A DNA stretch of 64,000 nucleotides from Bacillota bacterium (GCA_036677375.1 JAVBWO010000012.1:103995-167994); one strand, 5' to 3'. Positions 39,565-49,890 are shown, counted from the first letter of the stretch. Translations and numbers: made by a program. Notes: generated from the letters alone by a model not told the origin.

Positions 39565-40140
39565 TTAAATCTGGCGACTGCCCGGTTTAACCGCTATGGA
39601 CCCTGCGGCACACAAGGGGCAATCCTCCGGCTGATAAGTCTTGATATTAACTGTCAGCAACGCTTTTAAAGGCACGCCAAAGTCTACCCGGCCGCCGCTT
39701 CTGTCTACCAAGACGCCAACCCCTATGACCTGAGCACCTTTTTCCCTGGTAGCGGCAATGACTTCCTTGACCGAGCCGCCGGTGGTGACCACATCCTCTA
39801 CCACCAATACTCTATCTTCCGGGCTTAAAGTAAAACCACGGCGGTATACCATCTTACCGTCTTCTCTTTCGGTAAATAAAGAACGGGCGCCTAATTGTTT
39901 CGCTGCTTCATAAGCCAAAATAATGGCTCCGGTAGCAGGTCCGACCACTACGGTAATATTTTGATCCGCAAAATAGCTTGCCAACTCTTTTAATAAGATC
40001 TCAGTGGGTTTGGGATATTGCAACAATTGCGCGCATTGCATATATTGTGCCGCATGCAGGCCGGAGGTAAGGCGGAAATGACCCTCTAAAAGCACCTTGG
40101 TTTCCGTAAAAATATTCAGGATCTCAGCTTCTGTCAACAA
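39565..40140 (-). CDS. pyrE: orotate phosphoribosyltransferase
   Basis: PRPP-binding motif VLVVEDVVTTGGS. 191 aa. Standalone, not in a pyr operon. Confidence 0.85.
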   Translation of the reverse strand: MLTEAEILNIFTETKVLLEGHFRLTSGLHAAQYMQCAQLLQYPKPTEILLKELASYFADQNITVVVGPATGAIILAYEAAKQLGARSLFTEREDGKMVYRRGFTLSPEDRVLVVEDVVTTGGSVKEVIAATREKGAQVIGVGVLVDRSGGRVDFGVPLKALLTVNIKTYQPEDCPLCAAGSIAVKPGSRQI

Positions 40141-40346
40141 TTACTTTTCCCCCTCTTACATTTCATTTTACATTTATTTTCACCTGTTATCCGTAAAGGA
40201 TAAGGCATTCATATCAGAATTAATGTTAAGATCATACTTATATTACTATCTTGATGTATTGATGTATACATAGATACAATAATACAATTTAGGTATTCTA
40301 CAGATCGCACGATTCTCCTTTTTTTATTGTATAACTTCCTATTATC

Positions 40347-40375
40347 TTGACGAATACTTTTTTTCTGATTATAAT
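40347..40375 (+). promoter_or_regulatory. sigma70 promoter TTGACG-17-TATAAT upstream of comB
   Basis: Near-consensus hexamers with a 17-nt spacer in an AT-rich region. Confidence 0.55.
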
Positions 40376-40554
40376 CGCATATAAAAGATAAAAAATTCCC
40401 CAAAATGACACCATGTTTGATTGAGAAGATTTTTAGCCTTTGGAGCCCACCGGTCAGACAGCCCGACATGCCGCAAGGTGTTAAAAAAGGAATCAGCCTA
40501 ATTGCCCAAAGGGTCTTACGTTTATCAATCAAAATCTTAGAAAAGGCAGCATAT

Positions 40555-41292
40555 ATGAAATTTAAAATGAAAGTTAATATGAAAGTTAAAACCATTTTAA
40601 CCTGGCAGGAGATGACGGGCAGAGATAACAGCGGGCAAACCTTAATTGTGATTGACGTTTTGCGCGCTACCAGCACCATCACGGCGGCGCTGGCTGCCGG
40701 CGCTGAAAAAGTGATCCCGCAAAACAGCATTGAAGGCGCGCTGGCCGCGGCTCAGAAATACCCGAACGCTTTGCTTTGTGGAGAAAGAAAAGGCGTGCGC
40801 ATAGAAGGGTTTCATCTGGGCAACAGTCCGCTGGAATTCAAACCGGAAACTGTTGGCGGCAAAGTTCTGATCTGCACCACCACCAACGGCACCAACGCCA
40901 TCTTTGCGGCAAAGGGCGGCCGCCCTATTTATCTGGGCTGCCTGAACAATGCCTGGGCCTGTGCCGAGGCTGCTTTTGACGTGGGACAGGATCTGACGAT
41001 CCTTTGCGCCGGGACCAGGGGCAACCAGTCGGTTGACGATATGCTGGCGGCCGGTTCTATGGTGTACCGCTTACAGCAATTCTATCCTAATGCCGACTAC
41101 GACCCTATAAGCATCCAGGTGAAACAACACTATGAAAAAGAGCGTCATGACCTGCATCGTGCCTTGATCGCCTCAAGTCACGGCCAATTTTTGGCCAAGC
41201 TGAGTATGTCAGAGGACATTGCCTATTGCGCCAAAGAAAATATCATTGACCGGGTACCCCTCTGCGAAAACGGCGAGGTTTGCTTTTCATAG
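40555..41292 (+). CDS. comB: 2-phosphosulfolactate phosphatase family protein (ComB)
   Basis: IVIDVLRATSTITAALAAGA core motif of ComB. The track ORF starts at 40405; the more likely start is MKFKMKVNMKVK (40555) or one of two later in-frame ATGs. Start uncertain. Confidence 0.75.
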   Translation: MKFKMKVNMKVKTILTWQEMTGRDNSGQTLIVIDVLRATSTITAALAAGAEKVIPQNSIEGALAAAQKYPNALLCGERKGVRIEGFHLGNSPLEFKPETVGGKVLICTTTNGTNAIFAAKGGRPIYLGCLNNAWACAEAAFDVGQDLTILCAGTRGNQSVDDMLAAGSMVYRLQQFYPNADYDPISIQVKQHYEKERHDLHRALIASSHGQFLAKLSMSEDIAYCAKENIIDRVPLCENGEVCFS

Positions 41293-41459
41293 GCTTCCAT
41301 CGGCCGCTATTCCGTCCCTATCCCATTTGGTATGGAAACGAATTATTTTCAGGTAATGCTGAAAATATTACTTACAGCGCAATGGTAATGTCATAAATAG
41401 CAAAAGGCAAGTTATATCAAAATAGATAACCCCTCACTAAAGGGGGAGATAAAAACAAA

Positions 41460-41500
41460 TATAAAAGAACGAAACTTCGCGGTTTCGTTCTTTTATATTT
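41460..41500. terminator. bidirectional intrinsic terminator (AAGAACGAAAC-ttcgc-GGTTTCGTTCTT)
   Basis: Perfect 11-bp stem flanked by A-run and T-run. Sits between convergent comB and iorB. Confidence 0.8.
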
Positions 41501-41515
41501 GCATTAATATTGATA

Positions 41516-42100
41516 CTACTTTTTGAATAATGCTCTTCCAGCCGCAAATACCGCCAGATTGGCGTCAAGAAACTTGGCGGGCACCCGCACTTTCAATACC
41601 TTGAGCCAAGCATCCTCATGGATCTCCATCATGGCGGACAATACGCCAAGTAATACCACATTGACCCCTTTGGGATTGCCGTGAGCCACCGCCACGTCAA
41701 AAGCATTGAGGGCAATGGTCTGCCCCGCTGTTGCCTGAACCCGGTCCAAGGCATCCTGAGGATAAAGGGCGGCGCCCGTAATAACGGGCATGGGATTGAT
41801 CTCCTGGGTATTGACGATGACCTTGCCGCCTGGGGCCAGATAAGGCAGCCAACGCAAAGCCTCCAACAGTTCAAAAGCTAAAATGATATCAGCTTCTCCC
41901 GGCTGAATAATGGGAGAACTGACTTTTTCCCCGAAACGCACCTGGGTCACCACGCTGCCGCCCCGCTGGGACATGCCGTGGATCTCGGAAACCTTGACAT
42001 CGAAGCCTTGTGACATGGCAACGCCGGACAGAACACGGCTGGCTAAAATGGTTCCCTGTCCACCTACCCCTACGATCAGGATGTTTTTGACATCGGACAT
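41516..42100 (-). CDS. iorB: indolepyruvate ferredoxin oxidoreductase subunit beta
   Basis: POR gamma-like motif IVGVGGQGTILASR. Start trimmed to MSDVKNIL with AAAGGAG RBS, 1 nt after the iorA stop. Confidence 0.85.
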   Translation of the reverse strand: MSDVKNILIVGVGGQGTILASRVLSGVAMSQGFDVKVSEIHGMSQRGGSVVTQVRFGEKVSSPIIQPGEADIILAFELLEALRWLPYLAPGGKVIVNTQEINPMPVITGAALYPQDALDRVQATAGQTIALNAFDVAVAHGNPKGVNVVLLGVLSAMMEIHEDAWLKVLKVRVPAKFLDANLAVFAAGRALFKK

Positions 42101-42101
42101 A

Positions 42102-43853
42102 TTACTCAGCGCTCCTTTCAATGGCATTGGTTGGGCAGAGGCCCTGGCAAAGGCCGCAACCGACACATTGAGAAGCGTTGATGGTCATACCGTCTTCCCC
42201 TTTGCAGATAGCGGGACAGCCGATGGCCATGCAACTGCCGCAGTTAACGCAGGTTTCTTTATTAATGACTAAGGAAGGCTTGACCGCTTGTTTATCAATC
42301 AAGATGCAAGGACGGCGGGCAATGATGACGGAAGGCTCCGCCGCGGCCAATTCCTCTTTTAAGGCTTTTTGCAGTCCCCGCAGGTCAAAGGGGTCGACTA
42401 CCTGGATCCGCTTCACGCCGCAAGCCCGGCAGATCATTTCCAGATCCACCTGCGGCGCCGGCTGGCCTTTGGCGTTTTTGCCGGTGGCGGGGTTCTGCTG
42501 ATGGCCGGTCATGGCAGTGATGCTGTTGTCCAGAATAATGGTAGTAGTGGTACCGCCGTTATAAACGGTATTCATTAAGCCGGTAATACCGGAATGCAGG
42601 AAAGTGGAATCGCCGATCACCGCTACGCTCTTGGCCGCGAATTCCCGACCCCGGGCGGTTTCCATGCCGTGCAGGCCGCTGATGCTGGCTCCCATACATA
42701 CCGTGGTATCAATGGCCGAAAGAGGAGGCAGCGCTCCCAGGGTATAACAGCCGATATCTCCTGACACACATAAACGCATCCTATGTAAAACGTGGAATAC
42801 GCCGCGGTGCGGGCAACCGGGACATAAGACCGGCGGACGCACCGGAATAGCGGCTGTCTCACAAGCGGCGGCAGGTTTGCCGTCCCCTAATTTTTCCCGG
42901 ATATTTTCAGCAAAGATCTCACCGCAAGAGGAAAAGAGTTCGCGGCCTTTCACCGGGATGCCCATGGCTTTGACGGCGTCTTCCAAGAAGGGTTCCAGCT
43001 CTTCAATGACATAGAGTTCTTCCACACCCGCAGCAAATTGACGGATCAAGGCTTGGGGCAATGGGAAGGCCATGCCGATCTTCAAGACGGACACTTCCGG
43101 CAACACTTCTTTGACATATTGGTAAACGGCGCCGGAAGCAATCACGCCACGTTTTTGATCTTTGCCCCATTCGATACGGTTCAAGGCTTGCGTGGTCTCG
43201 CCGTACGCCGCCAAGGCCAAAAGCCGCTCTTCCACCGCGATATGACGGGGCCGGGCATTGCCGGGCATCATGACATATTTTTTAGGATCTTTGACATATT
43301 CTTTTACTTCTTTTTCTTCTCTGTCCGATAATTCAACCAAAGATTGCGAATGTGCGATCCTGGTAGTCAGTCTTAAAAGAACTGGCGTATCGAAGGTTTC
43401 ACTGATTGCAAAACCCAGCTTAACAAACTCTTTGGCCTCACCGCTATCGGAAGGCTCCAGAATCGGGACTTTGGCGGCCCTGGCATAATGCCGGTTGTCC
43501 TGCTCGTTTTGGGAGCTGTGCATACCGGGATCATCGGCGCTGACAATGATCAGTCCGGCGTTGACGCCGGTATAGGCGGCCGTAAACAGCGGGTCGGCCG
43601 CTACATTCAAGCCGACATGCTTCATGGCGGCCAGCGCTCTGACGCCGCCGATGGCGGCCCCCAAAGCCACTTCCACCGCTACTTTCTCATTAGGGGCCCA
43701 CTGCGCCGCCAATTCTTCATAACCTGCGGCATTTTCCGTGATCTCCGTGCTGGGAGTACCGGGATAAGCGACTACCAAACTGCCTCCCGCTTCCCAAACG
43801 CCCCGGGCAATGGCCTCATTGCCTGTCATTAAGACTTTTCCCATGATTACCAC
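42102..43853 (-). CDS. iorA: indolepyruvate ferredoxin oxidoreductase subunit alpha (TPP, two 4Fe-4S)
   Basis: 583 aa. TPP-binding domain plus C-terminal CVNCGSCMAIGCP / CVGCGLCQGLCP ferredoxin motifs. Confidence 0.88.
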   Translation of the reverse strand: MVIMGKVLMTGNEAIARGVWEAGGSLVVAYPGTPSTEITENAAGYEELAAQWAPNEKVAVEVALGAAIGGVRALAAMKHVGLNVAADPLFTAAYTGVNAGLIIVSADDPGMHSSQNEQDNRHYARAAKVPILEPSDSGEAKEFVKLGFAISETFDTPVLLRLTTRIAHSQSLVELSDREEKEVKEYVKDPKKYVMMPGNARPRHIAVEERLLALAAYGETTQALNRIEWGKDQKRGVIASGAVYQYVKEVLPEVSVLKIGMAFPLPQALIRQFAAGVEELYVIEELEPFLEDAVKAMGIPVKGRELFSSCGEIFAENIREKLGDGKPAAACETAAIPVRPPVLCPGCPHRGVFHVLHRMRLCVSGDIGCYTLGALPPLSAIDTTVCMGASISGLHGMETARGREFAAKSVAVIGDSTFLHSGITGLMNTVYNGGTTTTIILDNSITAMTGHQQNPATGKNAKGQPAPQVDLEMICRACGVKRIQVVDPFDLRGLQKALKEELAAAEPSVIIARRPCILIDKQAVKPSLVINKETCVNCGSCMAIGCPAICKGEDGMTINASQCVGCGLCQGLCPTNAIERSAE

Positions 43854-43955
43854 CCTTATCGATTATCAATATTAACAACTTTTAGCCGTTACGAGCTATT
43901 TTTGTCCGTTTTTGTCCATGATGGACGGTTCCTGCTTCACCTCGTGGGCAAGCCG

Positions 43956-45251
43956 CTATTTTCGATGGTCGACCACCCGTTTTGCTTTACCCGCCCCTCT
44001 TTGGATGGAGAAAGGCTCCAGTAATTTCACACGGCAGCTGATGCCTAAAACAATTTTCATCCGGTTTTTGATTTTACCGGTCAATTCTTCCAATGCCTTA
44101 TAACTGTCTAAAAGGCTGGTATCCGCCAATTCCACTTGGATCTCCAGTTCATCCATGGAACCTTCCCTATAAACATGGATCTGGTAATGCGAACCCAAAC
44201 CCTCAATCTTAAAGAGAATCTCCTCAATTTGAGAAGGAAAAACATTGACGCCCCGGATAATCAGCATATCGTCGGTGCGGCCTACCAGTTTGCCGATTCT
44301 GGCCATGGTACGCCCACAGATGCAGGGTTCCTGATTGATATGGGAAATATCCTTGGTCCGGTAACGAATCACCGGGAAGGCCTCCTTGGCCAGGCTGGTG
44401 ATGACCAGTTCCCCTTCGGAGCCGGCAGGCAGAACCTCAAAAGTATCCGGATCGATGGTTTCCACGACAAAATAGTCTTCCGCGATATGCATGCCTGTGG
44501 CATAGATGCATTCTCCGGCGACACCGGGCCCCATGACCTCGGTCAAGCCATAGTTATCGGTGGTGACGATATGTAAGCGCTTTTCAATTTCCATCCTCAG
44601 CTCGCTGGAGGATGATTCGCCGCCGAAAAGGCCTACTCTTAATTTCAGTTTATTGGTATCGATCCCCATGCCTTCCGCTACCTCAGCAATATGCAAAGCA
44701 TAAGAAGGCGTTGCGATCAATGCCGTGGTGCCGAAATCCTGCATTAGCATCAACTGTTTTTCCGTATTGCCGCCAGACAGGGGAACCACAGTAGCTCCTA
44801 CCGCCTCCAACCCGTAATGCAAACCGAAGCCGCCGGTAAAAAGACCGTAATTAAAAGCCACCTGTGCAATATCGTCGGGCCCCACAGAGGCGGCGGTGAT
44901 GATCCGCGCCAAGAGGTCCGCCCACATTTTCAAGTCGTTGGCGGTATAGCCGACAACGATGGGTTTGCCGGTGGTGCCCGATGAACCGTGAACCCGGACA
45001 ACATCTCGTTGGGGCACCGCGAACAGTCCGAAAGGGTAGTTCTGACGCAGGTCTTCTTTTGTGGTAAAGGGCAGCAATGCAAGGTCTTTCAAAGTACGGA
45101 TATGTTCCGGCCGCACCCCCAGCTCATCCATTTTTCTCCGGTAAGGCAGCACATTTTCATAGACTCGCCTTACCGTATTTTGCAGGCGTTCCAACTGCAG
45201 GGCTTCCAATTTGCTGCGGCTCATGCACTCCTGTTCCTTGTTCCAGATCAT
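43956..45251 (-). CDS. paaK: phenylacetate--CoA ligase
   Basis: AMP-binding PaaK family (SSGTTGKP). Start trimmed to MIWNKEQE 9 nt after AAGGAG. Confidence 0.85.
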   Translation of the reverse strand: MIWNKEQECMSRSKLEALQLERLQNTVRRVYENVLPYRRKMDELGVRPEHIRTLKDLALLPFTTKEDLRQNYPFGLFAVPQRDVVRVHGSSGTTGKPIVVGYTANDLKMWADLLARIITAASVGPDDIAQVAFNYGLFTGGFGLHYGLEAVGATVVPLSGGNTEKQLMLMQDFGTTALIATPSYALHIAEVAEGMGIDTNKLKLRVGLFGGESSSSELRMEIEKRLHIVTTDNYGLTEVMGPGVAGECIYATGMHIAEDYFVVETIDPDTFEVLPAGSEGELVITSLAKEAFPVIRYRTKDISHINQEPCICGRTMARIGKLVGRTDDMLIIRGVNVFPSQIEEILFKIEGLGSHYQIHVYREGSMDELEIQVELADTSLLDSYKALEELTGKIKNRMKIVLGISCRVKLLEPFSIQRGAGKAKRVVDHRK

Positions 45252-45317
45252 TGCTGCCATCTCCTTAGTTTTTCAATCATTATAAAATTTAAGTATTTTA
45301 GCGAAACAAAACAAATA

Positions 45318-46829
45318 TTACCCTTGAGAAACCGCTACACTTTCATCCGGGATCCGATTAGCCTTTTTCTGAAGAGACAAAACGTCTTCTCCGAAAACCC
45401 TGTCGAGATGCTCCTGGCTAAAAGGCTTGGTAAATTGGCTTACAATAGGTACAACCGCCAAAGGAATCACCATGGCGCAGCAGCTCACAACAGCAGTCTG
45501 GGCGGGCACTAAAGCGGTGCCAATCACTGCGATGCAGAGACCACTCAGCATACCGGCCATTGCTCCGGCTTTGGTGGTCTTTTTGGAGAAAAGACCCCAA
45601 ATCATCGGCGCGATAAAGCTGCCGGAAACAGCACCCCAGGAAAATGCCATCAGATTCACGATAACGCTGGGCGGATCCATGGCAATGAAAAAAGAAAGAG
45701 CCACAAAGGCAACGCATAAAATCCGCATTAAGACTACCTGAGTAGATTTCTTCAGATCAGGTTTGGCCACTTGCATAAAGTCAACGGCTACAGAGGAACT
45801 GGAAACCAGAACCAAAGAGGACAAGGTAGACATGGAAGCGGCTAAAACCAGCACTAAAATCAAAGCAAGCACCGCGGAAGGCATCGTTTGCTGCAACATG
45901 GTTGGTACGATCCTATCTACATTGCCGCCCACCGCATCCAGATTATTGAAGAATAAGTGGCTCAGGCTGCCGGTAAAATAAGCGCCAAAGGCAACCCAGA
46001 GAGAAAGTAGAAAAGTGACCCAGGTAGCACTCTTGACCACCCGTTCATCCTTGATGGCATAAAATTTTTGCGTCATTTGCGGCATGCCCCAGGTTCCGAG
46101 AGAAGTCAGCGTCACTAAGGCAACCAACTGGATGACGCCGGGAGGTCCCACGGGAGATGTCAATTTCGGATCAATGGCGGTGAGCTTGGGGATGATATTG
46201 GCAAAGCCGCCAACCTGCGGGCTCCCCACGACAAAATATAATAAGAACAAAACGCCAAAGATCATGACGATGCCTTGAAACAAATCGGCTAAAGCCACGG
46301 CTTTATAGCCACCCATCACCAGGTAAAAAGCGGTGACACCGGCAATAATGATAAGACCTAAAATGTAAGGGATACCAAATACCGATTCAAAAAGATAGCT
46401 CAGGCCGGAATAGACCGAGCTGGTATAGGGAACTAAGAAAACAAAAATAATGAGAGCCGCCAGCAGTTTTATTGCTTTGGAATCATAACGCTGACGCAAA
46501 AATTCCGGCATGGTGATGGCTTTCAGCCGCACCGTCATGTTGTGGAGAGGTTTTGCCAGAAGCTTCCAAGCTAAAAAGCAGCCGATCACGGCATTGCCAA
46601 TCACGATCCATAAAGTAGAAAGACCAAAACCCCAGCCCAACTTGCCGGCGTAGCCAATAAAGACTACGGCAGAAAAATAGGTGGTCCCATAGGAGAAAGA
46701 AGAGATCCAGGGTCCCATTGTTCTGCCACCCAGCACAAAGTCGCCGATGGTTTTGGTTTTTTTCATGCCTACCCAGCCCAACACCAGCATCAACACGATG
46801 TAGGCCGCAATAATTGCGAATTTCATCAA
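45318..46829 (-). CDS. sodium:solute symporter family (SSF) transporter
   Basis: 503 aa, ~13 TM. SSF N-terminal pattern (GDFVLGGRTMGPWISSFSYGTTYFSAVVF). Substrate unknown. Confidence 0.8.
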   Translation of the reverse strand: MMKFAIIAAYIVLMLVLGWVGMKKTKTIGDFVLGGRTMGPWISSFSYGTTYFSAVVFIGYAGKLGWGFGLSTLWIVIGNAVIGCFLAWKLLAKPLHNMTVRLKAITMPEFLRQRYDSKAIKLLAALIIFVFLVPYTSSVYSGLSYLFESVFGIPYILGLIIIAGVTAFYLVMGGYKAVALADLFQGIVMIFGVLFLLYFVVGSPQVGGFANIIPKLTAIDPKLTSPVGPPGVIQLVALVTLTSLGTWGMPQMTQKFYAIKDERVVKSATWVTFLLSLWVAFGAYFTGSLSHLFFNNLDAVGGNVDRIVPTMLQQTMPSAVLALILVLVLAASMSTLSSLVLVSSSSVAVDFMQVAKPDLKKSTQVVLMRILCVAFVALSFFIAMDPPSVIVNLMAFSWGAVSGSFIAPMIWGLFSKKTTKAGAMAGMLSGLCIAVIGTALVPAQTAVVSCCAMVIPLAVVPIVSQFTKPFSQEHLDRVFGEDVLSLQKKANRIPDESVAVSQG

Positions 46830-46977
46830 AATCTACCGTCCTTCCGTTCTAAATCATGACTTCTACCAATCTACATAATAATTTTACCAATTGAATCCCG
46901 TCTTGCTCTACTGTTCTACCGCTGTCTTACGCTACCGTTCTGCCGTCCTCCTCTCTGCAAAATCCTTAAACATCATA

Positions 46978-47006
46978 ATTATACTATATTTCCTCTTTTT
47001 TCGCAA
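46978..47006 (-). promoter_or_regulatory. candidate promoter TTGCGA-17-TATAAT for the SSF transporter, with ~180-nt leader
   Basis: Minus-strand hexamers with a 17-nt spacer. Confidence 0.45.
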
Positions 47007-47034
47007 GGATCTCCTGTCTGTATCCTATCTTTCT

Positions 47035-48432
47035 TTAGTTCTGGGAGCCCTTCTCAAAAAGCCATTTCCGGCCGGAAGCAATGGCTTTTTCCACTGCCTC
47101 GGGAGCCGGACCGCCGGGAACCCGACGGGCGTCCACACATTTTTCCACCGCGATATATTCATAGATATCACCGGCAAAAATGGGGGAAAATTCCTGCAGG
47201 ACGGAAAGGGGGATCTCTTCTAAGGCGCACTCCTCTTTTTCGCAATAGAGAACCAGCTTGCCCACCACCGCATGAGCTTCCCGGAAAGGCAAGCCGCGGC
47301 TTGCCAGATAATCTGCTGCGTCGGTAGCATTGGTAAAACCGCTTTGAGCGCTAAGGAGCATCTTGGCCCGGTTAACCCGCATGGTGGAAAGCATGGGGGC
47401 ATAGACCAAAAGGCATTTTTTCACGGTGTCCACCGTATCAAATAAGGCTTCTTTGTCTTCCTGCATATCTTTGTTATAGGCCAGAGGCAGTCCCTTCATC
47501 ACGGTCAAAAGCCCCATCAAATGACCGAATACCCGGCCGCTTTTCCCCCGCACCAGCTCGGCCACATCGGGGTTTTTCTTTTGCGGCATAATGGAGGAGC
47601 CTGTGCTGTAGCCGTCGTCTAAGCTGATAAAGGCAAATTCATTGCTGGCCCAGAGAATGATCTCTTCGGAAAGCCTGGATAAATGCATCATAAGAATAGA
47701 AGCATCCGCACAGAACTCGACGGCAAAATCCCGGTCGCTGACACCGTCTATGGTGTTTTGACTGATCGTGGCAAATCCCAGTTTCTCCTGGACGCTGTAG
47801 CGGTCGATGGGGAAAGTGGTGCCTGCCAATGCCCCCGACCCCAAGGGCATACAGTCGGTACGTTCATAACAATCGCTGAGACGTTGGGCGTCCCGGCGGA
47901 ACATCTGAAAATAAGCCATCAAATGATGTGCTAAAGTAATCGGCTGCGCTTTTTGCAGATGGGTATAACCGGGCATAATAGTCTCTCTATGGGCATCCGC
48001 CAAATCCAGAATGACCTTTTCCAGTTTATAGAGAAGCTCAAGAATCGCATTGATCTCATCTTTCATATAGAGACGGATATCTAATGCTACCTGGTCATTT
48101 CTGCTCCTGGCCGTATGCAGGCGCTTGGCTACGGAACCGATCTTGGCAGTCAAAAGCTTTTCCACATTCATATGGATATCTTCGGCGCCGATCTCAAATT
48201 CCACATGGCCGGTTTCGATATCAGCTAAAACCGCATTTAAGCCCTCTATGATCTTAGCGGCGTCTTCTTTTGTGATGATGTCCTGCTCGCCCAGCATCGC
48301 CGCATGGGCAACGGAACCCTGGATATCCTGACGGTACAGGCGTTTATCAAATGAAATGGAAGAATGAAAATCCTCTACCAATGCATCGGTTCCCTTGGCA
48401 AAACGTCCGCCCCATAGCTTGTCACTCATCAA
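47035..48432 (-). CDS. argH: argininosuccinate lyase
   Basis: 465 aa. Fumarate lyase signature [11 protein letters not shown]. Confidence 0.93.
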   Translation of the reverse strand: MMSDKLWGGRFAKGTDALVEDFHSSISFDKRLYRQDIQGSVAHAAMLGEQDIITKEDAAKIIEGLNAVLADIETGHVEFEIGAEDIHMNVEKLLTAKIGSVAKRLHTARSRNDQVALDIRLYMKDEINAILELLYKLEKVILDLADAHRETIMPGYTHLQKAQPITLAHHLMAYFQMFRRDAQRLSDCYERTDCMPLGSGALAGTTFPIDRYSVQEKLGFATISQNTIDGVSDRDFAVEFCADASILMMHLSRLSEEIILWASNEFAFISLDDGYSTGSSIMPQKKNPDVAELVRGKSGRVFGHLMGLLTVMKGLPLAYNKDMQEDKEALFDTVDTVKKCLLVYAPMLSTMRVNRAKMLLSAQSGFTNATDAADYLASRGLPFREAHAVVGKLVLYCEKEECALEEIPLSVLQEFSPIFAGDIYEYIAVEKCVDARRVPGGPAPEAVEKAIASGRKWLFEKGSQN

Positions 48433-48732
48433 ACTTCCTCCTAAATTACAGTATTAATCTTTTATTGCTTCTTTTATTGCTTCTTTTATGGCCCTTTTAA
48501 TATTTCTCTTCCCACAAGATGTTTACCGCTTTCATATACGGGCAGCGTAACATCAATTAGATTCAAGTCACTGGAAATCCATAAATATTATTATAGCATC
48601 AAACAGCAGGGATGACCAGAATATTTGCGGTTTTAGCTTATTTCTTTTAATAATTTTCTGTTTTCGCGATTTTTACCATGCTTTAGCTTAGGTTTTACAA
48701 TTCTTCTTAATTCGTTCCAGCGCCAAGCGCCG

Positions 48733-48773
48733 GATAAACATAAAGCGGGCCGGCTGTTTTCCACCGGTCCGCC
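48733..48773 (-). terminator. intrinsic terminator after rubrerythrin (GCGGACCGG-loop-CCGGCCCGC plus T-run)
   Basis: GC-rich 9-bp stem with one mismatch, followed by TTTATGTTTAT on the minus strand. Confidence 0.6.
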
Positions 48774-48827
48774 TTATGCTTTCAATTTTTCTTGTCATGC
48801 CTGTTCCTGGTCCCAAAGCTCCCAATT

Positions 48828-49373
48828 TTAGAAATATCTTTTCAACAAACCGGCAAAACCACAGCCGTGACGCGCTTCATCTTTACACATTTCATGAACG
48901 GTGTCATGAATCGCATCATAATTTAATTGCTTGGCTAAGGTCGCCAAATCTTTTTTACCCTGGCAGGCGCCATGCTCGGCAGCAGCGCGCAATTCCAGGT
49001 TTTTCTTGGTATCGGGATAAACCACTTCCCCCAGCAATTCGGCAAAACGGGCGGCATGATCGGCTTCTTCCAAGGCATAGCGCTTGAAGGCCTCGGCAAT
49101 CTCGGGATAGCCTTCCCGGTCGGCCTGGCGGGACATGGCAAGATACATCCCTACTTCGGTGCATTCCCCGGTAAAGTTGGCTCTTAAGCCTTCTATGACT
49201 CTTTCGTCCACACCTGCCGCTACACCGATCTTATGTTCGTCGGCATAAGCTGTTGTGCTTTCGGTAGCTTTTTCAGAAAACTTTTCCGCAGGAGCCTTGC
49301 ATTGCGGGCATTGCGCCGGAGGCGTATCACCCTGATGAATATAACCGCAAACACTGCAAACCCATTGTTTCAT
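48828..49373 (-). CDS. reverse rubrerythrin (N-terminal rubredoxin-like CxxC pair plus ferritin-like diiron domain)
   Basis: [13 protein letters not shown]...CPQC rubredoxin domain at the N-terminus, then ExxH diiron motifs. Start trimmed to MKQW after GGGAGGT RBS. Confidence 0.85.
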   Translation of the reverse strand: MKQWVCSVCGYIHQGDTPPAQCPQCKAPAEKFSEKATESTTAYADEHKIGVAAGVDERVIEGLRANFTGECTEVGMYLAMSRQADREGYPEIAEAFKRYALEEADHAARFAELLGEVVYPDTKKNLELRAAAEHGACQGKKDLATLAKQLNYDAIHDTVHEMCKDEARHGCGFAGLLKRYF

Positions 49374-49509
49374 TTTGACGACCTCCCATATATTATTAAT
49401 AATTATTACTAATAATAGTATAGCATAAAATCCTATCCTGTCAAGCACAATTTGAAATTTAATTTAATTTCAACCAAATTCATCCAAATTTATCTGATTC
49501 TTGATTGTT

Positions 49510-49890
49510 TTAGCCCAAATAAGCAATGGCTTCGATCTCAACCAAAGCATCCTTAGGCAGACAGGCCACTTCAACCGTACTACGGCTGGGATATGGTTTT
49601 GTGAGATATTCGGAATAAATGCCATTGACCGTGACAAAATCCTGCAGATCCTTTACAAAAATCGTTGTTTTTACGATATGCTCCAAAGTACCGCCGGCTT
49701 CTTTTAAGATAGCGGCAAGATTCTTCATGACCTGGCGGGTCTGAGCCTCCACACCTTCCGGTATGATACCCGTGGCGGGATCAAAACCAAGTTGACCGGA
49801 AACAAAAATCATATCTCCCGTTTTGATTCCCTGCGCGTAAGGACCGATAGCCGCAGGAGCATTCACCGTGCTGATCTCTTGTTTTTTCAT
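49510..49890 (-). CDS. ridA: RidA family (YjgF/TdcF) reactive enamine/imine deaminase
   Basis: 126 aa. YjgF signature ...PARSTVEVACLPKDALVEIEAIA. Confidence 0.88.
   Translation of the reverse strand: MKKQEISTVNAPAAIGPYAQGIKTGDMIFVSGQLGFDPATGIIPEGVEAQTRQVMKNLAAILKEAGGTLEHIVKTTIFVKDLQDFVTVNGIYSEYLTKPYPSRSTVEVACLPKDALVEIEAIAYLG

Noticed and set aside
40209-40730. 173-aa minus-strand ORF in the pyrE-comB intergenic region
   Set aside because: It lies in an AT-rich promoter region containing the comB promoter and overlaps the comB 5' end. The protein is low-complexity Ile/Leu/Phe-rich, with no RBS. Spurious.
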